Source: Candidatus Iainarchaeum sp. (lineage in GTDB: Archaea; Iainarchaeota; Iainarchaeia; Iainarchaeales; JAGVWC01). Taken from it: a stretch of 64,000 bases of DNA. Position 1 is the stretch's first letter. Every line of letters starts with the position of its first letter. The stretch is from NCBI GenBank assembly GCA_018304465.1, contig JAGVWC010000008.1:96001-160000 (forward strand), read 5' to 3'. The position numbers were made by a program, and so were the translations under genes. The notes below the pieces were generated by a model. It was given only the letters and a program-made list of their open reading frames with translations, did not search any database and was not told where the DNA came from. Of the stretch, positions 1 to 9,458 are shown in pieces.

Positions 1-2
1 GC

Positions 3-164
3 GTGGACGCCGTCGTCGGCGCCACCACCAAAACCACAACGGTTTTCATCAACGCCCACCAAAAACCCCAAACCACCGTTCCCGAAATCCCCAACGGATT
101 CGTACTCGGACTAGGCGGATTAATCGTCGCGATTATTTTTTTAATCAGGAAAAACGAGGAATAG
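3..164 (+). CDS. 3' end of a surface protein with a PEF/PEP-CTERM-like tail (partial)
   Basis: Hand translation ...QTTVPEIPNGFVLGLGGLIVAIIFLIRKNEE*: VPE motif, hydrophobic helix, basic residues. Confidence 0.65.
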   Translation: MDAVVGATTKTTTVFINAHQKPQTTVPEIPNGFVLGLGGLIVAIIFLIRKNEE

Positions 165-170
165 ATACCC

Positions 171-827
171 ATGACCAGTGACAACAACATCATTGACATC
201 ATCCGAAAAATGATCAAATCCGGATACACGCAAGAACAAATCGAACAAAACCTCTCCGAACTCGGCGTGACTGCGGAAAAAGCGCAGCGCCTGATCATGA
301 TCAGCCAAAGCGATGTCCAAGACGCGATTCAAACCGAAATCAATCAAATCGTCCATGACCAAATGGAAAAAGAACGCCAACGATTACTGGTCGAACTCAA
401 AGAAGAAATCAGTCGCCAGGAAACCGAAGCCGAAAACCGCCTGGAACAAAAAATGCGACAAGAACAAGCGGAATACGCCAAAAACCAGGAAACCAAAATG
501 GCCAACGACGAAATCCAATTATCCCAAGGCGTTAACAAAGCCCTTGAAATCAGCCAACTGGCACGCGAAAAAGCCATACTGCAAGAACAACGCATCAACG
601 CGATTCAAGCCCAAGGACCCCGCTACAGCGACGTTCCCCGAGAACACCACCGCGGAACCCGCGTGCTCCAAATCCTCTTTTTTCTCGCCGGCGTAGGCGT
701 TGCCGCGTTCACCCTGTATTACATTTTCGCAAACCAAGACGCCACGTTCACCGGAGACAACGTGTACATTGTCGTCGGCATGGCGATTTTTGCCGTGGTC
801 ATCATGTACCTAAGCACGCTTGCCTGA
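171..827 (+). CDS. hypothetical coiled-coil protein with two C-terminal TM helices
   Basis: 218-aa ORF, E/Q-rich helical body, two hydrophobic segments, GAGGA upstream. Confidence 0.8.
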   Translation: MTSDNNIIDIIRKMIKSGYTQEQIEQNLSELGVTAEKAQRLIMISQSDVQDAIQTEINQIVHDQMEKERQRLLVELKEEISRQETEAENRLEQKMRQEQAEYAKNQETKMANDEIQLSQGVNKALEISQLAREKAILQEQRINAIQAQGPRYSDVPREHHRGTRVLQILFFLAGVGVAAFTLYYIFANQDATFTGDNVYIVVGMAIFAVVIMYLSTLA

Positions 828-834
828 AGGAAAG

Positions 835-1191
835 ATGGATATGAATCGCGCGCGAATTTCCCTTCGAAATCTCATCAGATTGAAAAAGCCGCATCCGGTC
901 CCGCGCCCCGTCAGTGGTTTTTCAAACCCCGAACGCATGCAAGAACGACTGGTTCATCAAATCACGCGCCTGCCCGGACGATTCCACCCGAATTACAAAA
1001 ACGGGATCGAAGGATTGACCGCCACGGTTTCGCAACAAATACGCCTGGCCATCACCGCGCCCCGCATCGGTTTTCGAATCGGACTGCTTGAAACCGCAAC
1101 GGGTCTACGCGAAGTTCGGTTAGAATTAGAACGCGGAAAACCCTGCCGACTAACAATCCAACATGTGCAAGAACAACGAAAAGTCGGATAA
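835..1191 (+). CDS. basic (Arg-rich) orphan protein
   Basis: ATG at 835 just after the previous stop; MDMNRARISLRNLIRLKKPHPVPRP... Confidence 0.55.
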   Translation: MDMNRARISLRNLIRLKKPHPVPRPVSGFSNPERMQERLVHQITRLPGRFHPNYKNGIEGLTATVSQQIRLAITAPRIGFRIGLLETATGLREVRLELERGKPCRLTIQHVQEQRKVG

Positions 1192-1207
1192 ACAACCGGG
1201 AAAAAAA

Positions 1208-1348
1208 CTAGTTTTCTCGGGTCAACCGATCGAACTCTTTGAGATTGGTCATCGCGCTTTCAAGCAAAATCCGACGTCGAAGGCTTTTTTCCTTTTCCAG
1301 CCGACGCGACAAATCCAACAAAATTTGGTCCAATTCAATATAGGTCAT
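1208..1348 (-). CDS. small helical protein (46 aa), missed by the ORF track
   Basis: GGTGA-AAAAGT-ATG start; MTYIELDQILLDLSRRLEKEKSLRRRILLESAMTNLKEFDRLTREN*. Confidence 0.6.
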   Translation of the reverse strand: MTYIELDQILLDLSRRLEKEKSLRRRILLESAMTNLKEFDRLTREN

Positions 1349-1397
1349 ACTTTTTCACCAATCATCCAAGTACAAGGAAATACCACAATTCGATTTT

Positions 1398-1808
1398 TTA
1401 AGGTTTGTTTAAGACGGTTTGCGCTCCGATCAAAACATTAAAATCGATTTTTTTGGCGATCGCGTCCTTGTACGAAATCGCGAATCCCCGGCCGGTTTCA
1501 TGAAACGCCTCTGGCAAGAGAAAAAACCATCCTTGCCGCGGATACTTCCAGGCAAACAACGCGGTACAACCCGCTTTTTTGGCCCACAACAACAAATCGT
1601 CAAACTGAATCCGGTCAATGGACAAATTGTTCTTGGCCCATGCCTTGGCTTCGACCGCAAACGCTTTTCCGTTGCGCAACACCACCAAATCCGGAGAAGT
1701 TAACGCGTTCGTTCCGCTTCCTGCGGCTCGCACCACCGCAAAACCTTGGTCATAAAACAGGCCGATTAGCTCGCGCTCGGCAGCCGAGCCTTTATTATAA
1801 TGCGACAA
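1398..1808 (-). CDS. hjc: archaeal Holliday junction resolvase
   Basis: KGSAAEREL...GFAVVRAAGSG...PDLV...VEAK PD-(D/E)xK pattern typical of Hjc. Confidence 0.92.
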   Translation of the reverse strand: MSHYNKGSAAERELIGLFYDQGFAVVRAAGSGTNALTSPDLVVLRNGKAFAVEAKAWAKNNLSIDRIQFDDLLLWAKKAGCTALFAWKYPRQGWFFLLPEAFHETGRGFAISYKDAIAKKIDFNVLIGAQTVLNKP

Positions 1809-2060
1809 GAAAACACCAATTGGGCGTTATATACTAACGAAGACCGAGTACTTAAGGATGACGATCGGTCTTTTTGAAAAAGGCCGGCGAAAAGAAAAAA
1901 TCAAAAAAAGGGTTTTAAGCCTAAATCAACCATAAAAACGGCGATTATGACAAACCAAGGCAAAACCGGCCAGTTAATATTCCTTGCTGTTTTACATTAT
2001 ATAGGAAAATCAGAGTTTAAACAGGCGAATGCCTCTTGAAAAAACCCTACGAGGTTTTTT

Positions 2061-2282
2061 GTGAAAGAAATTGTGCTTAATGCCAAGGTCATTCCGAATG
2101 CAAAACAATTTTGCATCATGGAAGACCCCCTCACACACGAAATCAAAATCAAAACAAAAAATCCGGCCCAAAAAGACAAGGCCAATCAAGAAATTGTCCA
2201 AGAATTGAAAAAAAAATACAAAACCAACGTAACAATTCTGACCGGACACAAAAGCAACCGAAAAAAAATAAAAATCGGTTGA
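2061..2282 (+). CDS. DUF167/UPF0235 family protein
   Basis: KVIPNAK...PAQKDKANQEI...ILTGHKSNRKKIKI. Confidence 0.8.
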   Translation: MKEIVLNAKVIPNAKQFCIMEDPLTHEIKIKTKNPAQKDKANQEIVQELKKKYKTNVTILTGHKSNRKKIKIG

Positions 2283-2358
2283 AAAAACGTGTGAACCAAC
2301 TCTGATTCTCCACTGACAGGGAAACCCCTGAATCAACAACAAATGGAGTGAAAACAAA

Positions 2359-3825
2359 ATGGCCAAGACCTACTTAAGTTCAGCCAAATATCGCATTGTC
2401 GCAAAATTCGAAATATCCGGCATCGTGGACAAACACGACGTCGTCGGAGCCGTCTTCGGACAATCCGAAGGATTACTCGGCGCCAGTATGGATCTCAAAG
2501 AATTACAGCAATCCGGAAAAATCGGCCGCATTGAAATCGAACCGGTGATCATCAACGGAAAAACCACCGGAGCGCTCATTGTTCCATCCAGCATCGATTC
2601 GGTTCAAACCTCGATGCTTGCCGCCGCCATTGAAAGCGTCGACAAAGTCGGCCCATACGACGCCAAGTTCGAAACCGAACGCATCGAAGACACACGCGCC
2701 GAAAAACGCGAAAAAATCACGGATCGCGCCAAAGAACTGCTCGCCAAATTCATGCAGGAACAAACCCCTGACATCGCGGAATTACGCGAAGACATCAGCG
2801 CGGGAGTCCGAACCGCCCAGATGATCGAGTACGGAGCGGACAAATTACCCGCCGGACCCGACGTGGACAAAAGCGAAGAAGTCATTTTGGTGGAAGGACG
2901 CGCAGACGTCATCAACCTGCTCAAAAACGGAATCACCAACGTGATCGCCATGGACGGCGCCAAAGTACCCAACACGGTACTCGAACTCGCCAAAATCAAA
3001 AAAATCGTGGCATTCGTTGACGGAGACCGCGGCGGAGAACTCAACGCGCGAAACCTCAAAGAAATCGCGAACATTCACGCGGTCGTACGCGCACCCGACG
3101 GCAAAGAAGTCGAAGAACTCACCAAAAAAGAAATCCTTCAATGCCTCAAAAAAGAAAGCGACGTCGAACGCGCATTCGGAAACCCCCGAACCGGCGAATC
3201 ACGCTACGGCGACCGAGCCCCTCGAGGAGACCGGCTGCCAAAACGCGGACCGCGCACAATGCGCGACGGACCCAGCGGTCCACGCGACCGACGCGGCAGC
3301 GGAAGATTCAACGACCGCGGACCACGCGACGGATTTAGAAACGGAGGATTTCGAAACGACCGGGGAGGACGCTTTGGCGACCGAAACCAATTCAACCGCC
3401 CGCAACGACCCGCCGGATTCAATTCTTTCGAACCCGGATTCGAACAACCCATGCCGATGACCGAATCGCAAACCAACGTACCCCAAACCATGCCGCGATT
3501 CACGTCACTGCAAACGGTTCATACCAGTGCGACCCAAAACACCGCAGAACGCGACAAATTCCGGCCGATTTTATCCGAAATCAAAGGAACGTTGTCCGCC
3601 AAACTGCTTGACGACAACCACCAAGTCGTGGAACAAAGCACGATCAAGGAACTCTTGATAAAACTCAAAAAATCCAAGAACGTTTCCGCCATCGTGTTTG
3701 ATGGAATCATCACCAAACGACTTGTTGAAGCCGCAAGCAAACAAGGCGTCAAAACCGTGGTTGGAATCAAACTCGGAAAAGTCGAAGATGCCAAAGGCAT
3801 GAACCTGATTGAAATCAAAGAATAA
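2359..3825 (+). CDS. dnaG: archaeal DnaG (TOPRIM, exosome-associated) with RG-rich insertion
   Basis: DVVGAVFGQSEGLLG, VEGRADV, DGDRGG, C-terminal FDGIITKRL. Confidence 0.95.
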   Translation: MAKTYLSSAKYRIVAKFEISGIVDKHDVVGAVFGQSEGLLGASMDLKELQQSGKIGRIEIEPVIINGKTTGALIVPSSIDSVQTSMLAAAIESVDKVGPYDAKFETERIEDTRAEKREKITDRAKELLAKFMQEQTPDIAELREDISAGVRTAQMIEYGADKLPAGPDVDKSEEVILVEGRADVINLLKNGITNVIAMDGAKVPNTVLELAKIKKIVAFVDGDRGGELNARNLKEIANIHAVVRAPDGKEVEELTKKEILQCLKKESDVERAFGNPRTGESRYGDRAPRGDRLPKRGPRTMRDGPSGPRDRRGSGRFNDRGPRDGFRNGGFRNDRGGRFGDRNQFNRPQRPAGFNSFEPGFEQPMPMTESQTNVPQTMPRFTSLQTVHTSATQNTAERDKFRPILSEIKGTLSAKLLDDNHQVVEQSTIKELLIKLKKSKNVSAIVFDGIITKRLVEAASKQGVKTVVGIKLGKVEDAKGMNLIEIKE

Positions 3826-3853
3826 AACAGTCTTTTTGCGTTTTGCAAAAAGC

Positions 3854-3875
3854 CCGGGGAAACCGTTTTCCCCGG
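3854..3875. terminator. stem-loop between convergent genes
   Basis: CCGGGGAAA-ccgt-TTTCCCCGG inverted repeat downstream of dnaG. Confidence 0.45.
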
Positions 3876-3946
3876 CAATTCTTCTTCAGAAAAACGAGTC
3901 ATCCGACTCCAGAAAACAAAAAAAAATAAAAAAAAAGAACCGAAAT

Positions 3947-4348
3947 TCAACGGTGTCTTTTTTTGATGTCCGCCAAATCGCGCACTGATTCTTCAATTGG
4001 AAGCACCATGTGACCGGATTTATAGAAGATGATTCCGATCAACAGAACGATCATCCAAAAAAACACGTTGGCAATCGGACCCAGCAACGCCGCCCAAAAT
4101 TGGGTTGCCGTCAACACCGACTGGCCCGCCCAAATCGAAACACCCGTGGCGCGATACAAGGCTTCTCCGCACACAGCGGCATCCGTTGGTGTACATTGCG
4201 TGAAATTCTGGATCGCGTCCCACGAATCCACCATGAGTGCCACGGCTTTGACAAACATCAAGCCGGCAAACACCAGCAAAAAAACGCCAATCAGTTTCGG
4301 CAAGTGCACTTCACGCCCGCCCAAACGCAATAAAATCAACCGTCTCAA
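3947..4348 (-). CDS. hypothetical membrane protein
   Basis: 133 aa, two hydrophobic helices flanking a Cys pair; AGGTGG upstream of TTG. Confidence 0.75.
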   Translation of the reverse strand: MRRLILLRLGGREVHLPKLIGVFLLVFAGLMFVKAVALMVDSWDAIQNFTQCTPTDAAVCGEALYRATGVSIWAGQSVLTATQFWAALLGPIANVFFWMIVLLIGIIFYKSGHMVLPIEESVRDLADIKKRHR

Positions 4349-4434
4349 AAAACCACCTTATGTAGTCATACATACAATATTGGAGTATTTAAAAGTTTCT
4401 TCCAAAGAATTGGTAGTCCACTTTGATTTGCCTT

Positions 4435-4506
4435 GGGCCCGTGGTTTAGTGGTATAACGTCGCATTTACACTGCGAAGGCTGCCGGTTCGATTCCGGCCG
4501 GGCCCA
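4435..4506 (+). tRNA. tRNA-Val(TAC)
   Basis: GGGCCCG/CGGGCCC acceptor, TCGCA-ttTACac-TGCGA anticodon arm, GGTTCGA T-loop. Confidence 0.95.
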
Positions 4507-5169
4507 CTAACTTTGCGGGTGGATTCCCAAATCCCAAAACGCGTTTTTTCCGCGTTTTGGAACAGATCCCGACCAATTCAAATTCGAAACGCGATAGTCC
4601 GAACCCAAAAATCCCTGCAAATTCTGAAACGAAATCCGTTTTAATTTTCGGCCTTCAAACGACGAACCCGTCAATGATTCCAACACGGAATTGATTTCGC
4701 GCTGAATCGCAGCGACTTTCGGATCATGCAACGCCATTCCGCGTACACCCGCGTTGATGGTTGCGTGCGAACCTCGCGCCACCCGAGTCAACGGATTCCA
4801 ACCGCCCGCCAGCTCTTCAATCAACCGATCCCGCTTTCGCGTCAACAATACCAGTGCATCAATCTGTTTTTTAGTTTCCCGATCGCTTGTTTCCCGGCGC
4901 GCCGAACGCCAGTTTCGAATACGCGCACCCACCGAAAACCATTTGGACTTCGACACCACCGGCTTTTCCGAAGAAACCGCTGACGCGGATCGACTACGCG
5001 AAGCCATCGCACGCAACTCTGCATCGGCTTTTTTCGCGGCGCGTCTATGCGCGCGATTCTGACGCGCAAAAGCAATCGAATCCGATACTCGTGACACCAA
5101 TCGCTTGAAACGCCCGGGTACGGCAGGCGTTTTTTGAACCGGTTTTTTCCTTCGAAGCAACAAACCCAT
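4507..5169 (-). CDS. basic (Arg-rich) orphan protein
   Basis: ATG at 5169 downstream of TTAAATA; MGLLLRRKKPVQKTPAVPGRFKRLV...; stop abuts the tRNA-Val 3' end. Confidence 0.7.
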   Translation of the reverse strand: MGLLLRRKKPVQKTPAVPGRFKRLVSRVSDSIAFARQNRAHRRAAKKADAELRAMASRSRSASAVSSEKPVVSKSKWFSVGARIRNWRSARRETSDRETKKQIDALVLLTRKRDRLIEELAGGWNPLTRVARGSHATINAGVRGMALHDPKVAAIQREINSVLESLTGSSFEGRKLKRISFQNLQGFLGSDYRVSNLNWSGSVPKRGKNAFWDLGIHPQS

Positions 5170-5261
5170 GTCGATCGTATTTCTTTGGGCTAACCCCCTA
5201 TTTAAGCGTTGTCCTAAAACCAAAAGTAAGTAATAAAAATCCCAAAAAACAAAAATATGAC

Positions 5262-5669
5262 ATGCCCGCAACAAGGACTGCCTTGAATCGAAACCATGTA
5301 CCGCTTGGCCGAAGAATCAAACACGCGACTCGCGTAACCACGCGTGCGGCCAAAAGTTGGTCGCGCTCCAAAGCCGCCGAATACTGGTCCGCGCAAGCCA
5401 TTCGAAGCCAATTAAAAGAATGGAAAAAAACAGGATTGGAATACTCGTTTCATAACGTACGACTGCGGTTTCGGCCATCCGTTTTAGTAAACCCGAAAAA
5501 AAGAGCGGTATTCAAACGAAGAATAAACGAACTGTTGCGGTTACGCGCCATGATCAACCGGTTTGAAGACGCGCGTGCCGGCAAAAATCCCGATCACTGG
5601 CTTTCGGTAGACCACGCGGGCCATCTGGAACGCTTTCGAACCATCGTTCGCGAACTCAACGAACTTTGA
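5262..5669 (+). CDS. basic (Arg-rich) orphan protein
   Basis: 135 aa, TATAAAA about 30 nt upstream; divergent from the previous orphan. Confidence 0.7.
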   Translation: MPATRTALNRNHVPLGRRIKHATRVTTRAAKSWSRSKAAEYWSAQAIRSQLKEWKKTGLEYSFHNVRLRFRPSVLVNPKKRAVFKRRINELLRLRAMINRFEDARAGKNPDHWLSVDHAGHLERFRTIVRELNEL

Positions 5670-5874
5670 CTAAGCGTTTTTTCCGAACGGGTTTCTTTTT
5701 TTGACTTTTCGCCAGTTTTTTTGCTTTTTGTTTGCGCAGGGACGCGATGTGTTTTTTCAACCGCTTCACGCGGCTCAAAAACCAGGCGTGCAAATGTTTT
5801 TCGGCGACTTTTGAACGCGATTCCAATTGCTTGACTTCGGCGTTTAATTCCGCCAACGAAAAAGGTTTTTTCAT
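5656..5874 (-). CDS. small Lys-rich helical protein
   Basis: GGTGA-AAAAA-ATG start; MKKPFSLAELNAEVKQLE... Confidence 0.6.
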   Translation of the reverse strand: MKKPFSLAELNAEVKQLESRSKVAEKHLHAWFLSRVKRLKKHIASLRKQKAKKLAKSQKKKPVRKKRLVKVR

Positions 5875-6219
5875 TTTTTTCACCAAGAACAATAACTCAA
5901 AACCGGTATTTTAATGCTTCGGACAAACCGGCTTTGCCTGCAAAGTGGTTCTGCCCACAACGCCCAAAACGTGCCCCTACAGGGAGTGGTCAGAGGATAA
6001 ACAAGAAAAACCCGTGGCTTGCAGGAACCCACCGTATTGTTTTTATGGCGGGGGTAATAATCCGCTTTGGCTATTGGGACCAAAAGTTATTGCTCAGTTG
6101 GTGGGCGTTTTACTGATTATTTATTCGCTTGAAGAAAAGAACATTTATTCGAACGCGATTGTTGCTATTTGCGTTCCAGTCCGCGCCAATCGCAATGTCG
6201 ATTGCTTTTGTAGAGTTTA

Positions 6220-9200
6220 TCATCCGCGTCCTGATTTTTTGAACACAAAAAACAACCCGGCTCCCACTACGAAGATGATGAGGATAAAGGGTACGAGGTT
6301 TTCGGGTTTTTTGGCTTCTTCAATTGCGGCTTTGATTTCCGGAGTCACGACTTTTTCCAAGTCAAAAAACTTTGAATTTGAATCAGGCGGATATGTGGGG
6401 TTCGAGTTATTGCTTATCTCGGTCGTGTTCGTAATCAAAGACGGTTTTGGTTGTGGAAAATAACTATTTCCTGAGTCGATGGGTGCGTCGCCTGGATTGA
6501 TTTGGTAGGTGGCCGTGTGAGTGGTTTCGATGTTTCCCGCGGAGTCGGTGCCGTTGTAATCGATTGTCCAGGTTCCGTTTCCGCTGATTGAAACGGCGCT
6601 TGAATAAGTTGTCCATACTCCTGAGTTGATGCGGTACTTGATCGTACTACAGCCTGAAAGCGGGTCGACACAGGTGATTTGAAACTCTGTCGGGTTTTGA
6701 GCGCCATCAACGGGATTGATGGTGGTTGTAGGCGCAGTCTTGTCAATCATCGCGTAATACGCAGTCGGTTCGCCAGTGTTGGAATCATTTCCGGCAACAT
6801 CCGTAGAATAAAATTGGATTGCGGTGTTGGCATCGGTAGAAATCAAGACGTTGGAATCGTACGTTTGCCACGTGCCCCACGTGATGGCCGAACTTGTATC
6901 TGAATCGATGCGATATTTCGTGGTTGAACAGCCTGAGTTTCCGTCTATGCAGGTAAGATGCAGGTTGGCATCGGTGGTTTGCCAGCCTGCGTTTCCATCC
7001 CAAGTTGCTGTTGGTTTATTGGTGTCAAAGGATAGTGTGTTGGTTTGGGTTCCAGCCGCCACATTAATGTCAAGCACAACGGTTTGTGCGGACGAATTAC
7101 ACGAAATTTCGGTGGCGGAATAGTTTCTGTCGATGGATCCGCTTTGATTTTTATAGTTTGCCCAGTTGGCATTCGTGCACGTCAATTCGCCTGTGAAATC
7201 GGTGATTGATTGGAGGTTCACATCAGTCACTAATTCGCTTGCGAATTGCACTGTGACTAAGCCAGTAATGCCCGTATTGGAAGTGGCAGTTACGGGGTTT
7301 GGTGTGTTTGAATCCAATGTCGTTGAAACCGTCAATTTGGCCACGTTGGAATCGCTGTCATGCGTAGCGTATGAAGCATTGTAGTCTGCCCACGCGGTTC
7401 TGGCTTCGGCGAGTGTAACCAATGTTGAATCTGCTCCGATTCTTCCGAAAGGACTGGACGCAGTCGTGTTGTTCACGTCATATGTGTTTTGGTTGACAAG
7501 GTTTCCACCAAGTTCATTTCCATTGTCTGAAAAGCTAAAAATAGATCCAGTTGGACCCACCACTTTTATGCGATTCAGTCGATGAATCGTGTTTTGGTTT
7601 TTCCAGTTTGCTGAATCATCGCTTCCTCCGAGTCCGCTTCCTTTTGCGACCACGTAATTGTTCTGAGCGACACAGGTGGCGCAACCCTTGAACATGATTG
7701 CGGATCCACCCGATGTACGGGTTTCAATTGTGTTTTTTTCAAACAATACATTGAACGAGCCTTTGAAAACGACTCCGTTTTCTTTCGGAGACACGAAATG
7801 ATTGTTTCGGATGATTATTTGGTTTCCGTCGTTTAGGTTGGTTCCGATGACGGCGGCATGTCCAGATGTGGCGGTAGATTCAAAATAAGAGTTTTCAATC
7901 GTTCCCCAAGTCGAGGTTCCTAAAGTGGCTTGAGTTGCTTGGGTCAAGGGAATGTTAAAAGTGTAAACCCCGCCCACAATTCGCACATTTTGTATCAAAA
8001 AATTGGGAGCGCCGTTGAGGTAAATTCCGTATGGTCCCGGTGCCCCTGTTTGGGAAAAATTCGAATCTTTAACGACGAGGTTCCAGAAGTGGTTAGTGGT
8101 TTTGCTTGCAGTAATATTAATTCCGGAAAGCGCAGCCGCTGTGTTGGTGGTTGCATTCAAAAAATTGCATTGTTCGAAATTGATGTCTCGAACATCGTTC
8201 GAACCAGTTGTATTATTCGGGTTGTACCAAAACGGGGCATATCCATACGTATCTCCTTGGTCAAAAGTAACCCGTTTGAACACCAAATTATTAACGTCCA
8301 CATCAACAGCCGAATAGTTTAGTGTGAAAGCCGATCCAGCATTGGTCATGATTCGATCAATAAGAATATCTCCGTTTGACCACGTCGTGGCTGTGGAAGT
8401 GGCTCGTACTCCAACGAAAAAATAATCTATTGCCGTAAGAGTAGGGCTTCCTTTTTGGTTGTTGGTTCTCTGTCCTTTGATATGATTCCATTGATCAGCA
8501 GTTAGATTTGCTTTGTTGATGGGGTGTTCGAAATAATTGTTTTCGTCAGACCCAACTCGAACCACAATTGAATTAGTATCTACGAGTTTGGCGAGTGTGG
8601 CTGCATCTTTGATATAAATGGAAAAACTCATGTTACTGCCAATATTATAATATCTTGAAGTGACTTCTTTGGCTGCGTTCGCGTCTATCGATAAGGTTCC
8701 GGTTTTGGTTAAATTGAGTGATCCAGTCCCCTCGTAAAATGTCGTAGTGTTCACCGTCAAAGTCAAGTCCGCGCTCGAATTGAAATCCGCATTGCTATCC
8801 GCATTGGAAACAACGACTTGTCTTGACGCAAAATTAAGGTCTTCAAAAGTAATATTTCTTGTATGACCTGCTACTCGAATCGGTGTATCGTTAGAACTTG
8901 CACCCCCCACTAATCCCGTAATGAGTCCACTGATACTGGCTTGGTTTTCGTCGTGACGAAAAGTCACCATGTTGGTGTATGATTGAGAAATTTGCAGCAT
9001 TCCAGAATTGTTCTCGATGTACGTTCCGTTTCGCCACCACACAATCACTGTGTCCGTGGCCGCAGGCGTAACCGAACCCGTCAACGCCGCCGAAAAAGTC
9101 GTCCAAGCATCCGTCCAACTCGTTCCGTTTGCAGCACCAGTGGCGGTGGGATCAATGAAACGCTCCGTGACCGCGTTGGCGTTAACAGCCAAGCAAAGCA

Positions 9201-9231
9201 AGAGCAATAGTCCGACTATTTTTTTCTGTAT
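6220..9231 (-). CDS. large secreted, membrane-anchored surface protein (beta-helix-like region, Ig-like repeats, C-terminal TM)
   Basis: Signal peptide, Asn-ladder-like repeats (IENSYF, IRNNHF, EKNTI, QNNYV), D..SG....Y...D.AGN modules, C-terminal TM plus KK; start extended to an in-frame ATA at 9231 (track start 9207). Confidence 0.85.
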   Translation of the reverse strand: MQKKIVGLLLLLCLAVNANAVTERFIDPTATGAANGTSWTDAWTTFSAALTGSVTPAATDTVIVWWRNGTYIENNSGMLQISQSYTNMVTFRHDENQASISGLITGLVGGASSNDTPIRVAGHTRNITFEDLNFASRQVVVSNADSNADFNSSADLTLTVNTTTFYEGTGSLNLTKTGTLSIDANAAKEVTSRYYNIGSNMSFSIYIKDAATLAKLVDTNSIVVRVGSDENNYFEHPINKANLTADQWNHIKGQRTNNQKGSPTLTAIDYFFVGVRATSTATTWSNGDILIDRIMTNAGSAFTLNYSAVDVDVNNLVFKRVTFDQGDTYGYAPFWYNPNNTTGSNDVRDINFEQCNFLNATTNTAAALSGINITASKTTNHFWNLVVKDSNFSQTGAPGPYGIYLNGAPNFLIQNVRIVGGVYTFNIPLTQATQATLGTSTWGTIENSYFESTATSGHAAVIGTNLNDGNQIIIRNNHFVSPKENGVVFKGSFNVLFEKNTIETRTSGGSAIMFKGCATCVAQNNYVVAKGSGLGGSDDSANWKNQNTIHRLNRIKVVGPTGSIFSFSDNGNELGGNLVNQNTYDVNNTTASSPFGRIGADSTLVTLAEARTAWADYNASYATHDSDSNVAKLTVSTTLDSNTPNPVTATSNTGITGLVTVQFASELVTDVNLQSITDFTGELTCTNANWANYKNQSGSIDRNYSATEISCNSSAQTVVLDINVAAGTQTNTLSFDTNKPTATWDGNAGWQTTDANLHLTCIDGNSGCSTTKYRIDSDTSSAITWGTWQTYDSNVLISTDANTAIQFYSTDVAGNDSNTGEPTAYYAMIDKTAPTTTINPVDGAQNPTEFQITCVDPLSGCSTIKYRINSGVWTTYSSAVSISGNGTWTIDYNGTDSAGNIETTHTATYQINPGDAPIDSGNSYFPQPKPSLITNTTEISNNSNPTYPPDSNSKFFDLEKVVTPEIKAAIEEAKKPENLVPFILIIFVVGAGLFFVFKKSGRG

Positions 9232-9458
9232 TTTTTCACCTTTACCGGAACAACAATTTAATCAAACCCCAGAAAAACATAATAATCCCTATCAAGCCGT
9301 ACCATAGGGGAAAAACCGAAAAGCACGAATTGGGCATTACGCCCAGATTCTGCCCGCAACGAAACCAAGTTGCCCGCAAAGTCGAAAATTAATCAGGCGT
9401 TATAGACAAAGCCAAACCGGGCAAAACCATTAAAAATCGCAAAAACCATCAAAGATAC

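Noticed and set aside
1163-1441. 92-aa + strand ORF as a frameshifted continuation of 835-1191
   Set aside because: Better explained by the RBS-led minus-strand ORF 1208-1348, and it overlaps the end of hjc.
5900-6220. ORFs 5945-6463 and 5880-6083, and a 37-aa minus-strand ORF after the surface protein
   Set aside because: No motifs or RBS and conflicting overlaps; possibly a decayed remnant.
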